Positions 12,507 through 25,569 of a stretch of DNA of 46,397 bases are shown here, one piece after another. This stretch comes from Octopus sinensis. Lineage: Eukaryota. How positions within the stretch are numbered: the first letter of the stretch is position 1; each line of letters starts with the position of its first letter. A program made the position numbers and the translations under genes. A model generated the notes under the pieces. The model was not told where the DNA came from. It ran no database searches and saw only the letters and a program-made list of their open reading frames with translations. The DNA is taken from the NCBI RefSeq assembly GCF_006345805.1, contig NW_021834655.1, positions 1-46,397 on the forward strand. Reading direction: 5' to 3'.

Positions 12507-12590
12507 TTACTACTACTACTACTACCACCACCACCACCACCACCATCACCACCACCACCACCACCACCACCACTACTAACACTATTACTA
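11430..12590. repeat. Polypyrimidine (TTC/TCC/ATC)n tract with internal block duplications, then (ACT/ACC)n
   Basis: Direct reading; register shifts make it non-coding. Confidence 0.93.
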
Positions 12591-13039
12591 TTTACTGTTC
12601 ATATTAGTTATAATTATATTTATACCACTTGCAGGTCTCATTTTTCTTTTTTATATTTATTTCTTATTTCTTATTTTTCTATATTTACTTATTTATTTCT
12701 ATATCTTATTTATCTTTTACCACTTTTTATCTGTTGTTTTTTCTTTTTTTCTGTTTTTTCTTCTTGATGTTGTCACTGTTCTACCAGTTTTGTTATTGAC
12801 TTTCAAAGTATTCTGGCTGCAAAATCTCATTGATTATAATGTTGTTTATTTATTTATTTAGTTTGTTTGTTTTTTTTAGTTATTTTAGCCTGTTATTTAT
12901 TTATTTATATATTTATTTATTATTACTATTTTTTTAATTTTTACTGGTCTTTGTTTATGTATGTATTTATTTATTTATTTATTCTTTTCGTCGTAGGTTC
13001 CTAACATAATGTTCTTTCTTTTCGTTCTATGTGTGTTTT

Positions 13040-13421
13040 GTTGTTTTTGTTTTTTTTCTGTGTATGTGTGTGTGTATGTGTGTGTGGTGTGTGTGTGTGT
13101 GTGTGTGTGTGCATCTTATGTTTTCTTTTACATACTCGCTCTTCTTTTCCTCGTCTTCCCACCAAACGATTTAAATATAAATTGGTCCGATTGATTAATT
13201 TGCTCCAGACGACACTATCTTCGTCTTTGTTAGTACATGTATGTATATACATATATATATATATATATAAATATATGTGTGTGTGTATATTTGTGTGTGT
13301 ATGTGTGTGTGTGTGTGTGTGTGTGTATTTGTGTTTGTATATGAGTGTCTGTGTGTGGGGAAAGTATAATTCTAAGCACACAAACATATACTCAATATAA
13401 ACACATGTTTAGGTACAGGAC

Positions 13422-13484
<63 letters not shown>

Positions 13485-13592
13485 GTATAAACATGTGTGA
13501 ATGTGTGCGGGTAAGTGAATATATACATCAGCATATGTTTTCTCATGTGTGTTGATATGAACTATGCTTCGAAAATAAATGTAATTATCACC

Positions 13593-13638
<46 letters not shown>

Positions 13639-13704
13639 GTGTGTATGTGTGTCTGTCTGTCTGGGTTAAGCGTGGGCGTGTGCGCGTGTTTATTTGCACA
13701 CACG

Positions 13705-13752
<48 letters not shown>

Positions 13753-13798
13753 ATATTATTTAATAATATATATATATATATAGATATATATTTTATTA

Positions 13799-13860
<62 letters not shown>

Positions 13861-13865
13861 GTATG
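13040..13865. repeat. (TG)n/(TA)n tracts
   Basis: Direct reading. Confidence 0.9.
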
Positions 13866-13939
13866 TTTATGCAAACTTCGACGCACTCACGTTGCTTTCT
13901 TTCTTCCCGATCGTATCAGTCTCATCTAACCACCTCACC

Positions 13940-13966
13940 ACTGCTACCAGCAGCACCACCACCAAT

Positions 13967-13998
<32 letters not shown>

Positions 13999-15040
13999 CA
14001 CATGCATTAGTTCTTTCACCACACCAGTTCTACTCTCAAGTACCAATACAGCTAGTATGAACTCTCGATCATTCTCACCGCCATCGACACCACCACCAGT
14101 ACCAACGTCAATAACATCAACAACATTTGCACCACTGCCACTACCGGCAGCACCGCCGCCACCACCGTCGGCAGTACGACCACTACAGGCACCAGGCTTA
14201 AAACCGTCACCCCACTACCACTACTGCCACAACAAGCACCACAACCATCGCCACTCAATTACAACCACCACTACCACACCGTCATCATAAACACAACTTC
14301 TGCCCCGACAGCCACCAACATCAAGGACACAAGTACCACCACCACCACCACCATCATCGTCATAGACACAACTTCCACCACCACGACCACCACCACCATG
14401 GACACAACTACCACCACCACCATCGTCATAAAGACAACTTCCACCACCACGACTACCACCATGGACACAACTACCACCACCACCATTATCACAATCGTTA
14501 TAAACACAACTTCCACCACCACGACCACCACCATGGACACAACTACCACTACCACCACCATCATCGTCATAGACACAACTTCCACCACCACCATGGACAC
14601 AACTACCACCACCACCATCATCATAAACACAACTTCCACCACCACGACCACCAACACCATGGCCACAACTACCGTTATAAACCCAACTACAACCACTACC
14701 ACCAACACTACACCGATGCTCTGCAGTATAGGCTTCGCTGTTTCAAACTTACGATCACCATTATCATCAACGTCACAAACTACATTACCCCCATCACCAG
14801 CACCACCATTACCACCACCAACACCACCACTACCAACACCACCACTGCCACCAACACCACTACTACCACTACCACCACCACCACCACCACTACCAGCCAC
14901 GACGACAACAATAATTACAGTAATACTAGGTACAACAACTTCTAGTACATGCTTCACCACTTCCAGCATACTATCAGCATCAGCAGCAGCAGCAACAGCA
15001 GTATCATCATCAATATCAAACAATATCAGCATCTACATCA

Positions 15041-15072
<32 letters not shown>

Positions 15073-15270
15073 TAGCACACCAATAGTAGCACTACACCAA
15101 CGCCGCCATCTTCAAACACACGACTCTTATGTATGGTTCACCTCTCCCATCATCATCATTGTCAGCATCGTCATAATCGTCGTCGTCGTCGTAACCATTA
15201 ATTTCGTGATGATCATCACCACCATCAGCAAAACTATTGACATCATCACTATTGATATCGTCATCACTAA

Positions 15271-15334
<64 letters not shown>

Positions 15335-15776
15335 TCATCATCATCATCATCATCTTCATCATCGGCAACATCATCATCGACATCATCCTCGTCAGCATCA
15401 CCATCACCATCGGCATCATCATCATCCACGTCATCATCATCATCATTATTATCATCAACATCATCATCACCATCATCATCATCATCATCCTCGTCGTCAT
15501 CATCATCCTCGTCATCATCATCATCCTCGTCATCATCATTAATATCGTAATGAGCATCACCATCGCCATCACCATCGACATGGTCAACACTATCATCATT
15601 ACCAGCATCATCATCCTTATCACCAGCATCAATGCCATCATCGTGATCATCACTATAAACATCATCCCCAACTCCATCAACATCATGATCTCGAACAACA
15701 CAAACAGCGCCACCACCACCACCAACAACAACAACGGTGACAACAACACCATCATCATATATAGTATGTATGTATG

Positions 15777-15808
<32 letters not shown>

Positions 15809-15930
15809 CTTTATGTCTTCCATCACCATCATCATCATCATCTCGATATCTTGTACAAGCACCACCATCAACACCTCCACCACCACACTACTGCTCCCAC
15901 CACACCCGCCACCAACCACCCACCCACCCT
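13940..15930. repeat. Degenerate (ACC/ACA)n and (ATC)n low-complexity region with a roughly 60-66 bp higher-order unit at 14330-14660
   Basis: Direct reading; repeated ATGGACACAACT / AACACAACTTCC blocks. Confidence 0.88.
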
Positions 15931-16349
15931 TGACAGATAATTAACTTGAACGCAGACATTCTACCCCAGTTTAAAAACAAATCAATTATGTCTGTTCATT
16001 AGGCCGTCTACGCATTCCGTAGACTCACTTTTGAGTGTTCGTGTTGTTCGTGTTGCTGTAATATCGACGGTGGAAGCGGTTTGTGGCAGACGTGGCGGCG
16101 TCGTCGGCGGTGGTGACGGCGTTGCTGTCCTGCCGCCGCCACCTCTGCCGTCGGCTCTGCTGCCGCCGCGGTGGTGCTTGTAGTCGTTGTAAGACTGTGG
16201 TGGTCGGGGCTGGTCGGTAGCGTTGCAATCGAGACTGTTCGTTTTAGTGTTCTTTTATTCCACTCGACCTCCGCATTTTGTAGCTACGTATATCGGGGTG
16301 TACGCTGTGAAGAAAGAGACAAGGAAAAACAAGTCATTTCTGCTCCCCC

Positions 16350-17400
16350 TCCCCTCATTTTCTTTCTCTCTCTCCCTCTCTGTCCCTCCACTCTCTCAAT
16401 CTCTCCACATCGATCTCTCCCTCTCTCACTTTGTCTACTCTATCCCTCTTTATCTACTCTCACCCTCTTTCTCTCTCTCCGCAGTTCTCTCTCCACGCGT
16501 CTCTCTCTTACCTCACTCTCTCTCTCCGCAGTTCTCTCTCCACGCGTCTCCCCTCTTACATCACTCTCTCTCATTCGCATTCACATCCATACATTCTCTC
16601 TAACTCTCCCTCTATATCTCTGTGACTCTCCCTTTCTATACATGTATCTATAGAGGAATCAGACGAAAAAACATAAATACGATCTAACACACACACACAC
16701 ATACACACACACATACACACACACACACATACACACATACACACACACATACACACACACATACACACACACATGCACACACACATACACACACACATAC
16801 ACACACACATGCATACACACACACATACACACATACACACACACATGCACACACACATACACACACACATACACACACACATGCATACACACACAAACCA
16901 TTTAAACACACAAACTATTTACACACACACGCGCAAACATACACAAACCGCTCACACATACACATACATACACGCAGAAGCTATTTACACACAACAAACA
17001 TGCACAAATACATACATACACACACACAAGCCATTCACACACACATACATACACACAAGCCACTCACACACATACATACATAAACTACTCACACACACAT
17101 ACATACACGCACATGCTATTTACACAGAAACATACACACACAAATACATACATACATACACACACACACACAAGTCACTCACACACATACATATACACAC
17201 GAGCCACTCATACACACACATACATACACAAACCACTCTCACACACATACATGCACGCACATAGTATTTACACACATACATACATACATACAAACAAGTC
17301 ACAAACACACATACATATATACACACAAGCCACTCATAAACACATACATGCACAAACCACTCACACATATATGTACACGTGTGTGTGTGTGTGTGTGTAT
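16350..17400. repeat. (CT)n and (CA/CATA)n tracts
   Basis: Direct reading. Confidence 0.9.
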
Positions 17401-17550
17401 TTCTCTTTCATCATCACCTCTCACTCTGTCTGTCTGTCTGTCTCTCACTCTCTCTCTTCTAAATAACTATAAAGAAAACCTCTAGTTAATGGCGATTACT
17501 CAACTTCCGGTATATGGTAACATAACGTTTAACGTAGTCTGGTATTTGTT

Positions 17551-18455
17551 TTGATAGTGGTGGTGGTGGTGGTGGTGGTGGTGGTGGTGGTGGTGGCGGT
17601 GACGCTGCTGCTGTTTCTGTTGCTGGTTATTATGATGCTGATGGCGGGGTCGTGTAGTGGTGTTGGTATGGTGGTGATGGCAGTGGTTTTGGTGATGGTG
17701 GTGGTCACGGTGGTGATGATGGTAGTGATGGGGTTTTTGGTAGTGTCAGTGGTAGTAGTGGTGGTAAGGGTGGTAGAGGTGGTAGTGATGGTAGGAGTGG
17801 TGGTGGTGTTAACGATGGTAATGGTAGTGGTGGTGGTGGTAGTGGTCGTTGTGATGGTAGTGGTGGTGGTTGTAGTGGTGGTGGTAGTGGCGGTGGTGGT
17901 AATGGTAGTGGTGCTGGTGATGTTAGTGTTTGTAGTGGTGGTAGTGGTGGTGGTGGTAATGGTGGTGCTGGTGGTGCTGGTGGTGATAGTGGTGGTAGTG
18001 GTGGTGGTGGTGTGGTGGTGGTGGCGGTGACGCTGGCTGCTGTTTCTGTTGCTGGTTTAATTTATGATGCTGATGGCGGGGTCGTGTAGTGGTGTTGGTA
18101 TGGTGGTGATGGCAGTGGTTTTGGTGATTGTGGTGGGGGTCACGGTGGTGATGATGGTAGTTGATGGGGTTTTTTGGAGTTCAGTGGGTAGTAGTGGTGG
18201 TAAGGGTGGTAGAGGTGGTAGTGATGGTTAGGAGTGGTGTGGTTGTTAACGATGGTAATGGTAGTGGTGGTTGGTGGTAGTGGTCGTTGGGATGGTAGTG
18301 GTGGGTGGTTGTAGTGGTGGTGGTATTGGGTGCTGTGGTGTAATGGTAGTGGTGCTGTGATGGTAGTGTTTGTAGTGGTGGTAGTGGTGGTGGTGGTAAT
18401 GGTGGTGCTGGTGGTGCTGGTGGTGATAGTGGTGGTAGTGGTGGTGGTGGTGGTG
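17551..18455. repeat. Degenerate (GGT)n region present as a tandem duplication of about 428 bp (17595-18022, 18023-18455)
   Basis: GGCGGTGACGCTG anchor at 17595 and 18023. Confidence 0.9.
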
Positions 18456-18636
18456 TAGTTTATAGCGGTGTAGATCTGTGGCGGCGGGGCACATGGTTCT
18501 GTAGTGTTGCAAGGTCATTCTTTTAGTATAATATACACTGTGTAATGAAGTGTTGCGGCGGTACTATGCCTGTGTCAGAGGTGGGATACAATGTCTGTGG
18601 CGGCGGCGAAGATGATGGCGTGCTGTTGTGTGGTTG

Positions 18637-18835
18637 TCTTCTTCTTCCAATCAGGACTCACGCCATTAGCCACAAAGAATAATCTCTAATTCGAGCCTAC
18701 TCTAAGCTACTAAGAATGCGTGTGACAACTTGAATATCGACCCACGACACACGATAGACTGGCGTTTGCACCGGCGCGAAAGCTACGCTGTTATCCTCAT
18801 TCCGTAAACGGTGGCTTTTAACGGGTGGAGAGCTG
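18637..18835 (-). mobile_element. Retroposon 3' end with (GAA)n tail, copy 2
   Basis: Inverted match to 4207-4400. Confidence 0.6.
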
Positions 18836-19029
18836 GAATCAACGGTGGAATACGGGTAGAGAGTGCACCCCTGTATAAATGTCGTAGCATGAGTATGCAG
18901 TCAGATACTTGTGAATGTATGCATAACTGGATAGACAAAACTATATTTCCTTTAATGTCGGTATACAGGTGTGTTATACCTGATTGAATCATGGTTCTTT
19001 TACTATTTAAAAACATTAAAAAATTTACA

Positions 19030-19034
19030 TGCAT

Positions 19035-19085
<51 letters not shown>

Positions 19086-19112
19086 TATAGATAGATAGAT
19101 AGATAGATAGAC

Positions 19113-19190
<78 letters not shown>

Positions 19191-19197
19191 TGATAGG

Positions 19198-19245
<48 letters not shown>

Positions 19246-19260
19246 GATAGATAGATATAG
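19030..19260. repeat. (GATA)n
   Basis: Direct reading. Confidence 0.97.
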
Positions 19261-19318
19261 GCAACACTGCGGATGAGTACTTGAGGGTGCGTGGGTTGAT
19301 ATTTCTCCGTATTGAATA

Positions 19319-19353
<35 letters not shown>

Positions 19354-19356
<3 letters not shown>

Positions 19357-19506
19357 CGGTTCGGCAAAAGAGACCGATACAATAAGTACTGGGATTACAA
19401 AGAATAAGTCCCGGGCTCGATTTGCCCGACCAAAAGGCGGTGCTCCAGCATGGCCGCAGTCAAATGACTGAAACATATAAAAGATAAAAGAATAAAGTAA
19501 AAGAGT
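19354..19506 (+). mobile_element. SINE family A 3' fragment
   Basis: Matches the family A 3' end and tail. Confidence 0.85.
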
Positions 19507-19524
19507 ATATATATATATATACTC

Positions 19525-19560
<36 letters not shown>

Positions 19561-20169
19561 CCTTTAAGTATGAATACACGAATAGATGCATACCTTGTGT
19601 CTCCGACATTAATAGCCATTGGCAAGCTAAGGTCACCGGCCGGTTAGTGTCGCTGTTACATAAACAGTTGGCCTGTTGTGCTGCTCATTGAAGCAGCTCT
19701 TTACTGCGTTGTGTGACATATATTTTAGATCATACCTGTTTGGCATTAACTCTTGAACTTTCCGCAAAAATAGATTGAGATACACAGATATATATATATT
19801 CAGAAATAAACATACATGCAAGCATGTCTGTGTGTAAGTGTGTAAGTGTTTGTGTCTGTGTGTCTCTGTTCGTGTACATGAGTAAATGTATGTGAATATG
19901 GATTTATACTTGTGTGTTGCCATATTTGGTATATTTTTATGTGTATTACACGTACAAGTATATACAAGTATATACAAAATACTGTTCCACACACACTGCT
20001 CCACGGACGCATGGAAGCAAGCTTAAACTTTCTTTTAATGTGCATGCTCTTGTTACGAATATGTGTGTGTGTGTGTGTGTGTGTGTTTAAGTGTATCGTA
20101 GCAATAGTGTGGTTCAAGTCATAGATCAATAATAAACATTATGTAATATAGAATTCTATACATAATTTA

Positions 20170-20770
<601 letters not shown>

Positions 20771-21420
20771 GGCAGACATGCATATATGTACGTGCAGACT
20801 ACATATATACATACATACATGCCTACATATTCTGTCTTTTTCTCTTCTAAGCCTGACTCTCAGTATATATCTCCGCCTTTTCCTCATACACCTCGCTCCC
20901 TCTCCCCTTCACTCACCGCCTTTATTCCTCATCCATTTCACCGATTCTCCTTTTCTGATAACCTCTCCGCCCCGCTCTTTGGCACGCGGCCCCAAATTAA
21001 TCTGCATTACTTAAACAGAGGAAAGTATTGAAGCGGAAAGCTCTGATGAACACCTTCATCGGCTGCATTCTGGAAGTTACCGCAGCCAATTAACCTCGGA
21101 ATAACTAATTTTCAAGATATAACCCTAGACTGATATGACAGAAAATACCAAACCTATAGGATATAGACAGGGAAAAGCCAATAAAGGGATCTTCTACAAT
21201 ACGGGTGAAAACTTCACACCGCCCAACATATTTCTACTACATTTTAATATGAAGCTTGCACAATGAGGAAACGTCTTATAAATCACGTGAAAGTAATGGA
21301 GAACGACTTTAGAGCCTTACATTTCCCCAGTGTGTAACTGGTTCTTATTTTATCGACTCTTAGAAAGAAGGTTATTAATTGTGTAACTTCGAAGTTTTAG
21401 ACAGTTACGCCGTCGTCATC

Positions 21421-21675
21421 GAGTTCGAAAAGATGAAAGGCAACGTCGACCAGGGTGGAATTTGAACTCAGAACGTGAAGATCGTCGAAATGCCACCAAG
21501 CATTTTGTCCAGCGCGGTAACGATTCTGCCAGCTCGCCGCATTTTTTGTTGAAACAAAAATAATGCTTTCTATAAGGCTGGAAATTTTGCGGGAGGTCAC
21601 GAGTCGATTACATCAACCCCAGTGTTTCACTCGTACTTATTTTATCAACTCCGAAAGGATGAAAAGCACAGTCGA
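21421..21675 (-). mobile_element. Two SINE family B fragments (5' part 21421-21540; 3' part 21545-21675)
   Basis: Reverse-complement match to family B. Confidence 0.75.
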
Positions 21676-21915
21676 AAAAAAAAATAATAATTTTTATAAG
21701 GGTTTATCTTTATGACTTTTTTAAACTATAGGTTAATTACCTTTTCAGCAGATATTAGATACACTCCCTGCATTTCCTTATATAGTTCTAATATGCCCAT
21801 GGTACCAAATAATGTCTGTACTCTGTGCCAAATTGCTCTCAAACCACAAATTACTTTTCTTATTAAAAATGTGTGCAACATGCTGGAAACATTCTGATAT
21901 ATAGGCGATCTGAAA

Positions 21916-22120
21916 GGCGGCGAGCTGGCAGAATCGCTAGCACGCCGGACAAAATGCTTAGCGGTATTTCGCCTTTCTTTACGTTCCAAGTTCAAATTCC
22001 GACGAGGTCGACTTTGCCTTTCATCCTTTCGTGGTCGATAAATTAATTACCAGTTACGCACTTTGTCTGTCCTTGTTTGTCCCCTCTATGTTTAGCCCTT
22101 AGTGGGCAGTAAAGAAATAA
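21916..22120 (+). mobile_element. SINE family B with 18-bp TSD
   Basis: GAAACATTCTGATATATA at 21886-21903 and 22121-22138. Confidence 0.92.
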
Positions 22121-22223
22121 GAAACATTCTGATATATAAAAGCTAGTGTATGAGGAACCCATCTCAACAGCACAAAGATTGATATAAAGCTATGCTAAAT
22201 AACGTGGTGATTAAACCACCTGG

Positions 22224-22456
22224 CCTATGCAAAGTAAAGGTAAAGTTTTCCAGCTTCCTTGGCCTATAAATTGCCCACCTGGAAGGGACGCCGGTCCGTC
22301 ACAGTATTACTCGTTTTTTACTAGCTAAGTGGACTGCAACAACGTGAAATAAAGTGTTTTGCTCAAGAACACAACGTGTCGCCCAGTCCAGGAACCGAAA
22401 CCACGATCTTACGATCATGAATCCAACACCTTAATCACTAGGACATACACCTCCAC
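22224..22456 (-). mobile_element. SINE family C-related copy
   Basis: Head GTGGAGGTGTATGTCCTAGTG, GAGCAAAACAC and CCGGCGTCCC blocks shared with 31039-31351. Confidence 0.7.
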
Positions 22457-23659
22457 ACCTGGTCTATATGATATACAATAAATCACTAAATATTTTTAGA
22501 AGTACACCTGGTATGTCTTCAGAGAGTTCTACCTTAAAGTAAGCTGCTAATCCTTTATTCCTAACAGCTCCCTATAATTTGGGAGAAAGCACATAATCAA
22601 TTAAAATCGATCCCAGTGCTTCATTGATATTTGTTTTTTTTTATTTTCTCAACCGCAGAAAAATGAAAAGCAAAATTTATCCTGACAAAATTGGAAGTCA
22701 AAATATAAAAGCGTTTAACGAAATTCAATAACGAAGTTTCTCCGACAATTTAACGAGTGTGTCAATCTACAATAATTTAGAAAAGTCAGTTAGAGTTGTT
22801 AGCGTTTAGGAAGATGTTAAAATTGCTGCCCAAGTTCGGAAAACTGCAGAGGAAACACAGAACGTGATGTATGGGGAGCAGTATCTTAGCGTTAAGCAGT
22901 AAGCAGTTTCTAGCTATTTAATAAAACTATAAGTTTTTCAATAACAATACTGTCAACGTTAGTTAATACTGCCCAACAAATGCCGGTAATATTACTAAGA
23001 GAATCGCTGCTGTATATGACAAAATGCATTGAGTTATGTATTTCCGCCTCAGTACCTTCTGTTCTAAGCTCAAATTGGATTGAGGTGAACGTTAATTCCT
23101 ATCCTTTCGCGGTCGATAAATGTATCAGTAAAATGCTTGGGTAAATTTAATCGACTATATCTTTCCCTCAGAATGCGTGAGTTTGTGTTGAGGCTAGAAA
23201 TCAATAGTATAAGTAGAAAACTTACAAAATTTAGTAAATGAAATAAACAGGCGCCCGAATATGTGTGTAAGAAGAGAAGAAGAATCATTCGCTAAGTAGT
23301 AAATTTGTAAGTAAATTAACCATTTACTGTGATAAAAATCACATCCCAAGAGAGCAGAGAAAGAGCAGCGAGAAACTTCATTCAAATGAATGAGCTTAGT
23401 TTTCAATAATGTTTTCTTAGCCATAAATCCACCTTGGCGGTCACAAGGAGGTGGTCTCTCCATGACTTTATCAACTTTATCGCGATACGCATGGCTGCTA
23501 AAGGAGCAAAGTGTGGAAGACATAAATATTCGATGACTACTTGCTGACCAATCGAATTATCAATCTTGCAATATAAACGATACAAAGCTTCGCCGAGTCT
23601 GGGCTGCTGAAAAATTTATAATATATTTATGCAGAGATTTCGATGTATTTTGATTTCTT

Positions 23660-23752
23660 TTATATATATGTATATATATATATATATGTGTTGTGTGTGT
23701 GTGTGTTGTGTGTGGGCGCCGCGTGGGTGGGGTGCGTGTGTGTATGTAATAT

Positions 23753-23787
<35 letters not shown>

Positions 23788-23959
23788 TATTATATATATA
23801 ATATGTATGTAGTATGTATGTATGATGTATGTATGGGTATATATATATGTAGGTATGTATGTATATATGTATGTATCTATCTATCTATATATATATATAT
23901 ATATATATAGTATATATATATATATATGTATGGATATATTATATATATATGTATGTATG

Positions 23960-24013
<54 letters not shown>

Positions 24014-24018
24014 GTATG

Positions 24019-24075
<57 letters not shown>

Positions 24076-24139
24076 GTGTATATGTATGTATATATATATA
24101 TATGTATATATATTATATATATATATATATAATATATAT

Positions 24140-24171
<32 letters not shown>

Positions 24172-24250
24172 TGTATGTATGTATGTATGTATGTATGCAT
24201 TATGTATGTATACAGAGACAGAGAGGTGGGAGAGAGACAGGAGAGAGAGA
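23660..24250. repeat. (TA)n/(TATG)n
   Basis: Direct reading. Confidence 0.95.
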
Positions 24251-24538
24251 AAGCGGACATCATGCCACAATGCCGTCACAACAAAAATACCACCTGACAA
24301 ATTGCGCCTATGAGAGGAGAAGGGGGTACATTGCTATACGAAAAGGAAACAAATTCTCACTGGGAAGGTTAAATGTCCAGGAGCAGGGATCATATTATGC
24401 TGTTTTTTTTTTGTTTGTCTTTTGGTATTTTCTATTCTGTGTTGTACGACCTCTTCATGGAAATTGTGAATCGAAAAACTGTAATGAAAAATAACAATTG
24501 ACAAGAGTGATAGTTTGATATATCAACTCCAAATATAT

Positions 24539-24569
<31 letters not shown>

Positions 24570-24633
24570 TATATATATATAGAGAGAGAGAGATAGATAG
24601 ACAGATAGATAGATAGATAGATAGATAGATAGG

Positions 24634-24667
<34 letters not shown>

Positions 24668-24692
24668 TAGATGTAGATAGATAGATGGATAT

Positions 24693-24983
24693 GTTTCTTT
24701 ATTAGCCACACAGGGCTGCATACAGACAGGACAAAATTACAAGGTAGAGCTTTTCTTTTGGGTGTAAAAAAAGGGGGTTTGGTTTTCGATCAAAAGGGAT
24801 CGTAAAGGGAAAGAAAGAGGACAAAAAAAGAGGGGGATAAAATAATATTTTTAAAAAAAGGGGGGGAGGTGAGGAAAAAAAGGGAAAGGAAAAAAAATTG
24901 ATCAATAGGGATCGTTATCACAGAAATGTCAATATGAAGTGTAAAGGGGAGGACAGGTAAGGTTTACCTGTGGAAAGAAAAGC
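24693..24983 (-). mobile_element. Probable LINE 3' UTR whose last 50 nt resemble the SINE family B tail
   Basis: Minus strand ends CCTTGTAATTTTGTCCTGTCTGTATGCAGCCCTGTGTGGCTAATAAAGAAA; inserted next to (GATA)n; no ORF present. Confidence 0.5.
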
Positions 24984-25029
24984 ATTTTGTATTATATATA
25001 TATATGAATATATATATATATATAATATA

Positions 25030-25393
25030 GGATAAAAGTTTCCCCAAAAAATTTTATCAATGGCCAACATATTAAAAAAAACAACGTTAAAGGTTAAATT
25101 TATAAACAACTTATAAACAAGGCCAAAGAAAAATTTCTAATGCCAAATATGCCGAAACTAGACACATCGTCCATAACCATATAATTCATCACTATAAGAA
25201 AGCCGACAGAAATTTCTAAAAACATCCGTTATTACCATATCGGACCCGATTTCAGAGTTAGTTCATAACAACCTTCTCTTCGTCAGTGATAAATGCGGCA
25301 ATACTTACTTATACCCATGGAAGAAGCAAACTCTAAGTCATGAGCACAATTAAGCACCCCAAAGATATCCACAATAGAAATTCTCCAGCCAAT
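25030..25393 (-). mobile_element. Short HHR-bearing (Penelope-like) element of about 365 bp between (TA)n tracts
   Basis: Sharp TA-repeat borders; contains the HHR at 25226-25298; class is inference. Confidence 0.5.
25226..25298 (-). ncRNA. Type I hammerhead ribozyme
   Basis: Core CUGACGA (25286-25280), stem II AGAG/CUCU, GAAA (25253-25250), stem III AUCGG/CCGAU, AUA cleavage triplet (cut between 25238 and 25237), stem I 6 bp plus 3x3 internal loop plus 3 bp. Confidence 0.8.
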
Positions 25394-25569
25394 ATATGTA
25401 TGTATATATACATGCATATGTGTGTACAGGACATCAAAAACGTAGACACAGTGAGAAAGGGAAAACATAAAAACAAAAACAGAAAACTAACTTTATATCG
25501 AAAAACGAAAAACAAACAAACAAGCAGAGAAACGAAACATGCAACGTAAAGGACATTCCCTTTCTTCAC

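Noticed and set aside
21015-21070. CTGATGA near GAAA motifs; also the peptide EESIEAESSDEHLHRLHSG
   Set aside because: No consistent hammerhead topology; frame is short with no convincing donor
22815-22895. KTAEETQNVMYGEQ resembling a mariner N-terminus
   Set aside because: Too short and degenerate; no TIR
23194-23585. Minus-strand ORFs 23194..23523 and 23403..23585; nearby CCAAT/TATA-like words
   Set aside because: No homology or clear splice pair; motifs expected by chance in AT-rich DNA
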